Assembly: GCA_039810425.1 (NCBI GenBank)
Contig: JBDHWW010000043.1
Coordinates: forward strand, 1-23,321
Direction of reading: 5' to 3'
Length of the DNA stretch: 23,321 bases
DNA from: Pseudobdellovibrionaceae bacterium
Lineage (GTDB): Bacteria > Bdellovibrionota > Bdellovibrionia > Bdellovibrionales > Bdellovibrionaceae
Made by a program: the position numbers and the translations under genes
Shown here: positions 7,964-16,861 of the stretch, in pieces
How positions within the stretch are numbered: the first letter of the stretch is position 1
Layout: every line of letters starts with the position of its first letter
The notes under the pieces: model-generated
Told to the model about the DNA's origin: nothing
Databases searched by the model: none
Seen by the model: the letters and a program-made list of their open reading frames with translations, nothing else

Positions 7964-8800
7964 TTAATCCACTTCCTGCAAAAACTTTTCTGGCTGGCGA
8001 TTATGGAAGATAAGATGGAAGGCAAGAACGGTCAGAAATAAAACCAAAGCTGGGAGCAATAGCAGATGCGGAAACTGGGAAAGAGATCTCCACCCCTCTT
8101 GCAAAAGAATTCCCCAACTGACTTGCGGCGCCTGTAAACCATAGCCGGCAAAGCTAATCATGCTCTCATAGAGAATGCTTGCCGGGATTTGCATCACAAA
8201 AAGAGTGAGCAGCGTGCCTTGCATATTCGGAAGAACGTGCTTTTGTAAAATGCGGACCGGGGTCGCGCCCAAGGCGCGCGCGGCTTCGACATAGCTTAAA
8301 GCTTTGATCTGCTTTGTCTGCCCGCGCGTGATCTTGGCAACGTTAAACCAATGCACCAACGAGATCGACAGGGTGAGCGCTAACAGCGTTCGCAGATTAA
8401 AGTCACCGACTTCAAAAAGACCTTGTAAAAACAAACATAGCAGCGACACGAGCAAAAAGCTTGGAATCGCCTGCAGGACATCCAGACCGCGAATGATGAG
8501 CCTCTCGCTCACCCCCTCAAACCAGCCGGCCATCGCGCCAAAGACGATTCCCAAAAGCATCGTCAGCGCGCTTGAGAAAACCGCGACAAAGAGAGAAATA
8601 CGGGCGCCATAGAAGACTCTCGTAAAGAGGTCACGACCCAGGGAATCTGTTCCGAACCAGTGATGGGCTCCGGGCGGCATGAGGATGCTTTCGGTGTCTT
8701 GATGATCAAAGCGCACGCCGCTGACTTGCTCAGCAAACACCGAGAGAATGGCGAGCGCCAATAAGAAACCCAAACCGATGTAGCGGGAACGACTTTTCAT
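7964..8800 (-). CDS. oppC: Oligopeptide/dipeptide ABC transporter permease, OppC/DppC type
   Basis: HWFGTDSLGRDLFTRVFYGARISL, EAA loop YVEAARALGA-x5-I-x-KHVLPN and SWG motif. Start overlaps the oppB stop (ATGA). Confidence 0.9.
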   Translation of the reverse strand: MKSRSRYIGLGFLLALAILSVFAEQVSGVRFDHQDTESILMPPGAHHWFGTDSLGRDLFTRVFYGARISLFVAVFSSALTMLLGIVFGAMAGWFEGVSERLIIRGLDVLQAIPSFLLVSLLCLFLQGLFEVGDFNLRTLLALTLSISLVHWFNVAKITRGQTKQIKALSYVEAARALGATPVRILQKHVLPNMQGTLLTLFVMQIPASILYESMISFAGYGLQAPQVSWGILLQEGWRSLSQFPHLLLLPALVLFLTVLAFHLIFHNRQPEKFLQEVD

Positions 8801-9735
8801 CGCTGCCCCCGGATTCTTGGATCAGCCCACATCGCCATTACATCAAACACATTCGTCAGCACAATCATGCCTGAGCCGTAAAGAAGCACGAGTCCCATCA
8901 CCACGGGATAATCGCGCAAGTTGAGGCTCTCAACGAATTGCTGGCCTAGGCCGGGAACGGAAAAAAGCACTTCGACCAGGAAAGAGCCCGAAATCAAGCC
9001 AACGATCAAGGGCCCGCTCATGGAAAGAATCGGCATCAAGGAGTTCTTATACGCATGGCCCGTGAGAATTCGAAACTTTGAAAGGCCTTTGGCTTTCGCC
9101 GTGCGGATAAAGTCGAGCTGCAAAGTTTCTTGTAAGGAATTATCCAACAGCATGTGGAGTTGTGCCCAGGGGCGGATGCTCAAGGTCAGAACCGGCAAAA
9201 TATAATGCAGCGGACTTGAAAGCAACGCTGTCGGCAGCAGGTTCAGATGAAACCCAAAAAAGTAAATCAACACCGGCCCGAGGAACAACGACGGCAATGA
9301 AATTGCCAGAATATTCACCCAGCCGATACCACGGCTCAGCCAGGAGTACCTATTTGCCGAAGTCAGAAGTGTGGTGGCAAACGCCAAGAGGTATGAGGCC
9401 AGAATCGCCAGCACGTTGAGCCGCACTGTCTGTGAAAAGCCCTGGGATAGGATTTCACCCACGCTCTTTCCCGGCAGTTGCATGGAGGTGCCGAGATCAC
9501 CACTCATAAGGCTTTTTAAATAAGCAAAGAACTGAGCCCCAACCGGTTGGTCGAGGGCCCAGGTGCGAATCAGATTTTCTTTTACTTGGGGATTCAGAGA
9601 GGTCTCGTCATCAAAAGGCCCCCCCGGCATGGCATGAAGAAATAAGAAGCTAAGAAAAACCAGTGCCAACAAAGCCGTGAGAGTTTCAACGAGCTTGCGT
9701 GGTATAAGAACCCTCACGTCTCCACTAGATGTCAT
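8797..9735 (-). CDS. oppB: Oligopeptide/dipeptide ABC transporter permease, OppB/DppB type
   Basis: MPGGPF, LDQP, GDLGTS, DFIRTAKAKGL, VEVLFSVPGLG and RDYPVVMG motifs. Start uncertain (ATG 9735 overlapping the upstream stop, or GTG 9717). Confidence 0.9.
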   Translation of the reverse strand: MTSSGDVRVLIPRKLVETLTALLALVFLSFLFLHAMPGGPFDDETSLNPQVKENLIRTWALDQPVGAQFFAYLKSLMSGDLGTSMQLPGKSVGEILSQGFSQTVRLNVLAILASYLLAFATTLLTSANRYSWLSRGIGWVNILAISLPSLFLGPVLIYFFGFHLNLLPTALLSSPLHYILPVLTLSIRPWAQLHMLLDNSLQETLQLDFIRTAKAKGLSKFRILTGHAYKNSLMPILSMSGPLIVGLISGSFLVEVLFSVPGLGQQFVESLNLRDYPVVMGLVLLYGSGMIVLTNVFDVMAMWADPRIRGQR

Positions 9736-12229
9736 CCCAAGATTCCTTCTGTGCCATTTGTCCGTCGGTTTTAAATGGTACAGGATCTACGAGATAAGCA
9801 AAGAGGTCTTTTTTATTTCCGTAAAGTTGTGAGTACACGTAGCAGTTAGAAACAACTTTCTTCACATAGTTACGGGTTTCCAAGAACGGAATGTGCTCAA
9901 TGAACTCATCCGTCTCTAGGTGACCGAAAGACGCGAGCCAGTTTTTCACCCTGTGAGGGCCGGCGTTGTAACCCGCCGCCACGAGGGGAATCGTGTTATC
10001 AAACTTCGTCATCAGGCGCGCAAGGTAACGGCTGCCCATTTTGATCGCGGCACTTGGCTCGAGCAACTGACGCGGCTGGAAGTCTTTATCACCGAGCAAG
10101 TTCGCGACACGGTAACCTGTGAAAGGCATCACCTGCATCAGACCCAGCGCACCCACCGGCGAGATCGCATCTTTGCGGTACTGGCTTTCCGCGCGCATGA
10201 TACCCCAAACCAGCTCGCTAGGGACCGAGAAATCTTTTGAGTAGCGATCTACGAACTGAGAGAACGCCTTTGGATAAGCAAACTCCCAGAAGTTGCGGCC
10301 CACATCCACGCCGTTAGAGCGTTGGCCCGAGAAGTAAACTTGGCCAATGTACGACGAGCGGTGGTAGTACCCAACAGAATTGTATTCTGTCATCAAGGAC
10401 TTCATAAAGTCCTTGTTGCGGGTTTTCTTTTCGATGTCGTAAAGATCCCACTTCGCCCAGTCTTCCAGACCGACTTGCATCAAGTCTCGGGCTTTTTCGA
10501 AGCGCTTCACCAGCAACGGATTTGCGCCGACTTCCTTGGTGAACTCTTCGTCAGCGACATCGACTTGCTTCTCATCTGTCCCGTCAGCGGTATCGGTGGC
10601 TTCGGATTCCTCAGCGTCTCCTCTGAGTTCCTGCATCACGAGGCCCTCTTCGGTCTCAGTATCCAGCGAGCCCATTGCCGGCATCGCTTGATCGTCGATC
10701 GAAGGGATCATGAACTCACTGGCCGGTGCTCTTGAAACCCAGCGCATTGTCGCTTCTTGAACCGTGCCACGGCTAGCAATCTTCGGTTGCATCGACTGCA
10801 TCTTTTTCAAACGGTACTGAGCCGCGATGGAGTAGTAACCCAGCAACGGATCGCGCGCGAGTTTTTCAAAGCTTGCTTTTGCTTGTTCAAACTTTTCTTG
10901 ACGATACAAGCTCATCGCCATCCAGTAAGTCATGCGGTCTGCCGGATAACGAATACGATGACGGCGGCCACGGCCTTTTTCAGATTGAAGCTGCACGAAC
11001 GATTTGTAAGCGCCTTGGTAGTCCCCTTTCAGGTATTTAATCCAAGCCAGTTGCCATTTCGCATCGATGTTCAACGTCGACTTCGGGTAGACTTTCATGA
11101 ACTCTTTAAAGCGGCGGGCCGCACCGTCATAGTCTTGAAACTGATAGCTCAAGAAAGCCGATTGATAGAGCGCTTCTTTGGCCTGCTTCGCGCGCGGGCT
11201 CATTTTGTACGCCGAGTAATAGGAGCCGACCGCGGCTTGCACCTCACCGGCACGGGCAGAAACCGAGGCGAAACTCATCAAATAGCCAAAATTATTTTTC
11301 TTTTTCTCGTAGTAAGGTTTTAACAACCCATAAGCTTTGGCGAGCTCCCCCTGCTGGGCAAAGTACTGAGCTTGAACTTGATCCGCCAAGTAAGGGTCTT
11401 CATTAGTGAGGCGCTCGCGAATACCGTTGATTTCATCTTGGGCTTTTTTATCGTAGCCGGCAAAAATCAAATAACGAATACGAGTTTTGAAATCATCCAG
11501 CTCTGAAGGGCATTGGCTTGGCTTCTCGCCGATCTTGTTTTCAGAAAGATCAAATCCCCAGTCTTGGATTTTTGGATATGTCGGATATCGCCCGTAAAGC
11601 TTTTCGGCCCACTTACACATTTGTTTGTGGCTGCCGCCCCCTTGCTCGGCCAACGCCATGAAATATAGAACCTCTGGGTACTCCTCAGTTCCGCGAGTCC
11701 GCTTTTCGATCTTTTGAAAGTTGACTTTAGCGTCTTTGTAATTGCCATACTGAAGCGCAATTTGACCGAGCATAGAAATCGAATCGATTTTCAATTTCGC
11801 ATTCGGCGAAAGCGTGTCAACGCGTTTAAACTCCGCTTGGGCTTCAGCATATTTTTTCAAATTGAAATACGCCATGCCTTTATAGAAGTACCCGTACTCC
11901 TCGAGACTGGACTTCTCTTTCAATGCGGCCTCGAAGGCCGTGATCGCCTTTTCGTAATCTCCGGCGTTGTAGTAAAGCATCGCGAGCGTATAGGGCAAAA
12001 GTTTCTGGTCTTCTCCCGCCGGTTTTTTTTGCAACTCTTTTTGCACGAGTTCGATGGCCTCGGTTTGCTTCCCCTTAAGTTTGAGTTCGCGAAGCTTCGC
12101 CTGGAACTCGGGACCGGCGAAGGCCGCGGAACTTCCAAGCACCACCACGGCACCCATGAGAGTGTTCGTGAGCGAAATCAAGAGCGTGCTTCCTGAGAGA
12201 TTTTTTGCCTTGGCAGTATGTTTCAACAA
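9725..12229 (-). CDS. Soluble lytic murein transglycosylase (Slt70-like) with N-terminal TPR repeats
   Basis: C-terminal SLT motifs IMRAESQY, GALGLMQVMP, AAGYNAGP and IPFLETRNYVKKV, multiple TPR-like helical repeats and a signal peptide. Start moved to TTG 12229 (or 12226) behind SD AGGAGGAG at 12240-12233; the 12409 start would overlap radA. Confidence 0.92.
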   Translation of the reverse strand: MLKHTAKAKNLSGSTLLISLTNTLMGAVVVLGSSAAFAGPEFQAKLRELKLKGKQTEAIELVQKELQKKPAGEDQKLLPYTLAMLYYNAGDYEKAITAFEAALKEKSSLEEYGYFYKGMAYFNLKKYAEAQAEFKRVDTLSPNAKLKIDSISMLGQIALQYGNYKDAKVNFQKIEKRTRGTEEYPEVLYFMALAEQGGGSHKQMCKWAEKLYGRYPTYPKIQDWGFDLSENKIGEKPSQCPSELDDFKTRIRYLIFAGYDKKAQDEINGIRERLTNEDPYLADQVQAQYFAQQGELAKAYGLLKPYYEKKKNNFGYLMSFASVSARAGEVQAAVGSYYSAYKMSPRAKQAKEALYQSAFLSYQFQDYDGAARRFKEFMKVYPKSTLNIDAKWQLAWIKYLKGDYQGAYKSFVQLQSEKGRGRRHRIRYPADRMTYWMAMSLYRQEKFEQAKASFEKLARDPLLGYYSIAAQYRLKKMQSMQPKIASRGTVQEATMRWVSRAPASEFMIPSIDDQAMPAMGSLDTETEEGLVMQELRGDAEESEATDTADGTDEKQVDVADEEFTKEVGANPLLVKRFEKARDLMQVGLEDWAKWDLYDIEKKTRNKDFMKSLMTEYNSVGYYHRSSYIGQVYFSGQRSNGVDVGRNFWEFAYPKAFSQFVDRYSKDFSVPSELVWGIMRAESQYRKDAISPVGALGLMQVMPFTGYRVANLLGDKDFQPRQLLEPSAAIKMGSRYLARLMTKFDNTIPLVAAGYNAGPHRVKNWLASFGHLETDEFIEHIPFLETRNYVKKVVSNCYVYSQLYGNKKDLFAYLVDPVPFKTDGQMAQKESWDDI

Positions 12230-12243
12230 GGGCTCCTCCTGAG

Positions 12244-12273
12244 ACCTTAAATATTTGTAATGCACCTTAAATA
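12244..12273. promoter_or_regulatory. Direct repeat ACCTTAAATA x2 in the divergent transglycosylase/radA promoter region
   Basis: Identical 10-mers at 12244-12253 and 12264-12273, with a 20-bp period. Confidence 0.4.
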
Positions 12274-12289
12274 ATGATACCGAATAATC

Positions 12290-13681
12290 ATGGCAAAATC
12301 GAAGAGCAAAACACTTTATGTCTGTCAAAATTGCGGGGCGCAACGTACGCGTTGGGAAGGTAAATGCACCGACTGCGGAGCCTGGAATACTTTCGTCGAA
12401 GAAATCCAAGCCCCCGAGGCTAAGACCCGGGGCTGGTCCGTTGGGAGCGATGAGCGCGCGACGGTGTCATCGAAGCCGGTCCCTCTGGACCAAAGGCTTG
12501 AGGAAATGCATCTGACTCGTTTCGATACGGGTTATGGCGAATTAAACCGAGTTTTGGGTGGGGGTTTAGCAAAAGGCAGCTTCGTTTTGTTGGGCGGATC
12601 CCCTGGCGTGGGCAAAAGCACTTTGCTTTTACAAATGGCCGGAGGCTTGGCTGAACACAAAAGCCGTGTTTTATATATTTCGGGCGAAGAAAGTGTTGCC
12701 CAGACTGGATCCCGTGCTCACAGATTGGGCATCAAATCTCCTTTGATTGAGATCGGCAGTGAAAGCAATTTGCATGCAATCATGGAGTTGGCTCGCCAAA
12801 AAAGGCCGGATGTATTGGTCGTCGACTCGATTCAGACCGTTTACCTGTCGGACCTTCAGGCGGCTCCCGGCTCGGTGTCGCAAGTGCGCGAATGCGCGGG
12901 GCATCTGATGGGTCTTGCGAAACAAGAAAATATCACTGTCATTCTGATCGGTCACGTTACAAAAGATGGCAGCATCGCGGGACCAAAAGTTTTGGAACAC
13001 ATGGTGGACTGCGTGTTGTCCTTTGACGGCGATGCTTCGTACAACTTCCGTCTGCTGCGCTCCCTGAAGAATCGCTTCGGCGCGGCTCAAGAACTCGGCG
13101 TTTTCCAAATGAACGCCAAAGGACTTGAAGAGGTTTCAAACCCCTCAGAACTGTTTCTCGAAGAGCGTGGCAACCAATTAATTGGTTCTGCGGTTTTTGC
13201 CTCGATGGAAGGGACTCGGCCATTGCTTTGCGAGGTTCAGGCGCTGACGCTCTCGAGCCCGATGGCGATGCCACGTCGAACAGCCCTTGGAATCGACGTG
13301 AACCGGTTGCATCTACTAACGGCGGTCCTAGACCGACATCTTGACATTCGACTCAGCCACAGTGACATTTTTATTAATGTAGTTGGAGGACTGAAGTTGG
13401 TTGAGCCGGCGGCGGACTTGGCGGTGGCAGCCGCGATTCTTTCGACGGAAGGCCGTAAAGAGCTTGACGCCAAAATGGTCTTCTTCGGCGAGATTGGACT
13501 GACCGGCGAAGTTCGCGGAGTTTCATTTGTGGAAACGCGCTTGAAAGAGGCCGACAAACTGGGGTTCACTCATTTTGTGCTTCCGTTCTCCAACAAACGT
13601 CACTTAGGAGACTTCAAAATCTCTAAGGATAAAAAAGTGAGTTACATACGCAACGTGCACGAACTTCAGAAGCTGATATAG
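12290..13681 (+). CDS. radA: DNA repair protein RadA/Sms
   Basis: C4 zinc finger CQNCG...GKCTDCGAWNT, Walker A GSPGVGKST, VVDSIQT, KNRFG motif and a Lon-like C-domain (GEIGLTGEVR). Confidence 0.98.
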   Translation: MAKSKSKTLYVCQNCGAQRTRWEGKCTDCGAWNTFVEEIQAPEAKTRGWSVGSDERATVSSKPVPLDQRLEEMHLTRFDTGYGELNRVLGGGLAKGSFVLLGGSPGVGKSTLLLQMAGGLAEHKSRVLYISGEESVAQTGSRAHRLGIKSPLIEIGSESNLHAIMELARQKRPDVLVVDSIQTVYLSDLQAAPGSVSQVRECAGHLMGLAKQENITVILIGHVTKDGSIAGPKVLEHMVDCVLSFDGDASYNFRLLRSLKNRFGAAQELGVFQMNAKGLEEVSNPSELFLEERGNQLIGSAVFASMEGTRPLLCEVQALTLSSPMAMPRRTALGIDVNRLHLLTAVLDRHLDIRLSHSDIFINVVGGLKLVEPAADLAVAAAILSTEGRKELDAKMVFFGEIGLTGEVRGVSFVETRLKEADKLGFTHFVLPFSNKRHLGDFKISKDKKVSYIRNVHELQKLI

Positions 13682-13702
13682 AACGTAGGAGGGATGCTTC
13701 AA

Positions 13703-14113
13703 ATGTCGACGGAAACAATTGCAACCAGTGGAACAGCCATTGTTCGCGAAACCTATGCCCCGAATGATTTTATTTTCTTCGAGGGCGATATCGAGAGCCA
13801 TTTTTACATCGTAGAAACCGGTGAGGTGAAGATCTTTACTAAAAACAAACTCGGTAAGCGTATCGACATCATGACCGTCGATGCCGGCGAGTCCTTCGGT
13901 GAGTTCGCCTTGCTGGACAACAAGCCCCGCTCGGCGTCTGCACAAGCGATCACTGAGACTTCGCTGATTAAAGTCTCTGCCGAAGGATACGAGCAGCTCT
14001 TGTCGGAGCTTCCGGTGTGGGCCGCGTGCATGATGAAGTCTTTCGTAGTCCGTCTCAAAAACATGACCGATCAACTGCGTGCCAGCGACCAATTTTTGGA
14101 GCGCCAGAAATAG
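13703..14113 (+). CDS. Stand-alone cyclic nucleotide-binding domain protein (no HTH)
   Basis: IFFEGD, FYIVETGEV and phosphate-binding cassette GESFGEFALLDNKPRSASAQA. The protein ends after the C-helix. ATG 13703 is 9 nt from SD AGGAGGG, whereas ATG 13694 abuts it. Confidence 0.88.
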   Translation: MSTETIATSGTAIVRETYAPNDFIFFEGDIESHFYIVETGEVKIFTKNKLGKRIDIMTVDAGESFGEFALLDNKPRSASAQAITETSLIKVSAEGYEQLLSELPVWAACMMKSFVVRLKNMTDQLRASDQFLERQK

Positions 14114-14121
14114 GATTCTAA

Positions 14122-14532
14122 ATGAAGAAAATGATTTTCAAAATGCTGTTTATAATGGTTTTACTTCCGTCAGTATCTTTTGCATCCAGCGAAGCCTATC
14201 GCATCAATAGCGATCTCAGCATTAATGGCAAGCACGTTACCACTGCAAAACTCATTACCAACGCGGGCCAAGAAGCGATGATCACACAAAAAAGCGAAGA
14301 TGGCCTTGAGACTTTCATCGCGGTGACTCCGAGCGAAGGCCAGGGCCAAATCAAAGGACGTAAAGCGATCTTGATGAAGTTCGTTGTGGGCGTGATTGAA
14401 AATGGCGAGCGTAAAGTTCTAGGCCAGCCGCAAATCATGACGGCCGAAAACAGCAAGGCCGAAGTTTCCGTCGGCCGTCCGGGCGACGAGAAAGATTCGT
14501 TCAGCTTAAGCGTTGTTGCGGAGCGAGAGTGA
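14122..14532 (+). CDS. Small exported protein with duplicated secretin-like beta motif
   Basis: Signal peptide MKKMIFKMLFIMVLLPSVSFA. Contains motifs TTAKLITNAGQEAMIT and LGQPQIMTAENSKAEVSVG. Starts 8 bp after the upstream gene. Confidence 0.7.
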   Translation: MKKMIFKMLFIMVLLPSVSFASSEAYRINSDLSINGKHVTTAKLITNAGQEAMITQKSEDGLETFIAVTPSEGQGQIKGRKAILMKFVVGVIENGERKVLGQPQIMTAENSKAEVSVGRPGDEKDSFSLSVVAERE

Positions 14533-14585
14533 AAAACGCTCCCGTCCGGTTCATATATTAAACCCAAACTAGCCCGTGGTATTTA

Positions 14586-16067
14586 TCAAGCCTTCTTCAC
14601 GGCCTTTTCCCAACGGTCAAGTCGAAGTTTACGGTCCTTCACCGCCATTTCTACCTTGAAAGCGCGGTCGCTCTTCCAGATTTTTTTGATTTCGTTGGCG
14701 TCTTTCCAGAAACCCACGCCCAAACCTGCGAGATATGCGGCACCAATCGCTGTGCTCTCGACGATCTGCGGCCGGACGACCTCTGTTGCCGAGTAGTCGG
14801 CCTGCATCTGCATTAACAAATTGTTCGCAGACGCCCCACCATCGACCTTGATGGAACGCAATTTCTTGCCGAGATCCTTTTGCATCGCCGTTAAGATGTC
14901 GACGTTCTGCAGAGCCATCGCTTCCAATGTTGCGCGCGCGACGTGGGCCTTCGTCGTTCCGCGAGTCAGGCCGCACAGCACCCCACGCGCCTCCGGATTC
15001 CAGTGAGGCGCCCCCAAACCCGTCAGGGCCGGTACGAACTCGACACCTTCGCTGCTTGCCACGGAAGCTGCGAGTTGCTCAACCTCTGAACTGTGCTGGA
15101 AGAATTTTAAACCATCGCGCAGCCACTGAACTGCGGCTCCACAGATGAAAGCTCCGCCCTCTACCGCGTAAGTCATTTTTTGATCACGTAACTTCCAAGC
15201 GATCGTCGTTAACAAACGTGACTTCGATGCGACTGGTTTGCTGCCCGTGTTGAGCAAAATAAAACTGCCCGTACCGAAGGTGCACTTCACGTCGCCTGCA
15301 TCAAAACAAGTTTGCCCGAAGAGCGCCGCCTGCTGATCGCCCGCAATTCCCGCAACAGGAATTCCATCCGGAATGGCATCGAGGCCTTTTGTGACGCCAA
15401 ACTCCCCGCTCGAAGGTCCAATCTCCGGCAACAACGACTCGGGGACTTCAAACAATTTCAATAGCTCATCGTCCCACCAGCCCGTATGAATATTCATCAA
15501 CATCGTGCGCGAAGCGTTGCTGACATCCGTCTTGTGCGACTCACCGCCGGTCAGACGCCAAAGCAAGAAAGTATCGATCGTGCCCGCAGCGAGTTCGCCC
15601 TTGCGCGCACGCTCTTTAGCGCCCGGGACATTTTTCAAAATCCATTGGATCTTCGTCGCCGAGAAATACGGATCGATCACGAGGCCTGTTTTCTTGTTGA
15701 TGACTTTTTCTTTATTATTACGTTTCAATTTCTCGCAAACGTCCTGAGTCCGACGACATTGCCACACAATTGCGTTATATATGGCCTTTCCAGTCTTGCG
15801 ATCCCACACAACCACGGTTTCTCTTTGATTCGTTATGCCGATTGCGGCAATCTGATCTCCGCGGATACGAGTCTGCTCCATGGTATTTTTCAGCGTATTG
15901 AGCGTTGTCTGCCAAATATCTTCAGGGTCATGCTCGACCCAACCCGGCTGCGGGAATATTTGGCGAAAATCTTCGTTCTGCTGACCGACGAGACCTCCGG
16001 CTTGGTTCACAATCGCTGTGCGCGTGCTAGTTGTACCTTGATCAATGGAAATGATATAACGAGACAT
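14586..16067 (-). CDS. glpK: Glycerol kinase
   Basis: IDQGTTS, GWVEHDP, GITNQRET, DPYFSATK, TDVSNASRT, GDQQAALFGQ and VDGGA motifs. Start at ATG 16067 behind SD AGGAG. Confidence 0.97.
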   Translation of the reverse strand: MSRYIISIDQGTTSTRTAIVNQAGGLVGQQNEDFRQIFPQPGWVEHDPEDIWQTTLNTLKNTMEQTRIRGDQIAAIGITNQRETVVVWDRKTGKAIYNAIVWQCRRTQDVCEKLKRNNKEKVINKKTGLVIDPYFSATKIQWILKNVPGAKERARKGELAAGTIDTFLLWRLTGGESHKTDVSNASRTMLMNIHTGWWDDELLKLFEVPESLLPEIGPSSGEFGVTKGLDAIPDGIPVAGIAGDQQAALFGQTCFDAGDVKCTFGTGSFILLNTGSKPVASKSRLLTTIAWKLRDQKMTYAVEGGAFICGAAVQWLRDGLKFFQHSSEVEQLAASVASSEGVEFVPALTGLGAPHWNPEARGVLCGLTRGTTKAHVARATLEAMALQNVDILTAMQKDLGKKLRSIKVDGGASANNLLMQMQADYSATEVVRPQIVESTAIGAAYLAGLGVGFWKDANEIKKIWKSDRAFKVEMAVKDRKLRLDRWEKAVKKA

Positions 16068-16093
16068 AGACAAACTCCTGGGCACCAACCATC

Positions 16094-16861
16094 ATGATAA
16101 ATTTTTTTAGGAAACCCAACGAAAAAGTTTTTAATCTGAGAAATCTCGATCGTGATGTCCTCTTGTTTCGTGTTCTTCCACGTTGGTTGATGGAGCTCGT
16201 CCGCAAATATTTCCGCTTGGAAATCGAGGGCCTAGACAACATACCTCGCAAAGGACCTGTGATTATCGCGCCCAACCACTCCGGCTATATGGGGATTGAT
16301 GCGGCACTTCTTGCACACATTATTGCCCAAAACGCGAAACGCATTCCCCGCATTTTAACCCATCACTTCTGGTTCTTGACGAAAACCACCGCCCTGCCGG
16401 CGCAGAAAATGGGTTTTACCGAAGCCACCTATAGCAATGGAGTGGCCGAGCTGAACAAGCATCATGTCATTGTGATTTTCCCTGAAGGTGAAGCCGGCAA
16501 CTTCAAGCCGACGCAGAAGATGTACGAGCTACAGGAGTTCCGCCGCGGCTTCGTGCGTATGGCTCTAGAAACCGGTGCCCCCATTATTCCGTGTCTTGTG
16601 ATCGGCGCTGAAGAAAGTCAGATTAATTTAAGCCAATTGAAATTAACGAAATTCCTAAAAGGTCTCGTGATTCCATTGCCACTGAACGTGATTCCACTGC
16701 CGGTGAAATGGAAAATTATTTTTCTTGAACCGATTCAGCTGCCGTACGAAAAAAAGGCCGTGAAAGATATGTATCTGATCCGCGATATTTGCGATGAAAT
16801 CCAAGAAAAAATGCAAACAGCTCTTCACAACGAGCTTCGCAAAAGAAAGTCTTTGTTCTAG
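16094..16861 (+). CDS. Lysophospholipid/glycerolipid acyltransferase (LPLAT superfamily, MGAT/DGAT2-like)
   Basis: GLDNIP-x-GP-x-I-x-PNHSG...D, IFPEG, GFVRMALETGAPIIP and IGAEE motifs. Confidence 0.88.
   Translation: MINFFRKPNEKVFNLRNLDRDVLLFRVLPRWLMELVRKYFRLEIEGLDNIPRKGPVIIAPNHSGYMGIDAALLAHIIAQNAKRIPRILTHHFWFLTKTTALPAQKMGFTEATYSNGVAELNKHHVIVIFPEGEAGNFKPTQKMYELQEFRRGFVRMALETGAPIIPCLVIGAEESQINLSQLKLTKFLKGLVIPLPLNVIPLPVKWKIIFLEPIQLPYEKKAVKDMYLIRDICDEIQEKMQTALHNELRKRKSLF

Noticed and set aside
12230..12409. N-terminal extension of the transglycosylase ORF to 12409
   Set aside because: It overlaps radA head-to-head. A strong SD and signal peptide point to a TTG start at 12229/12226.
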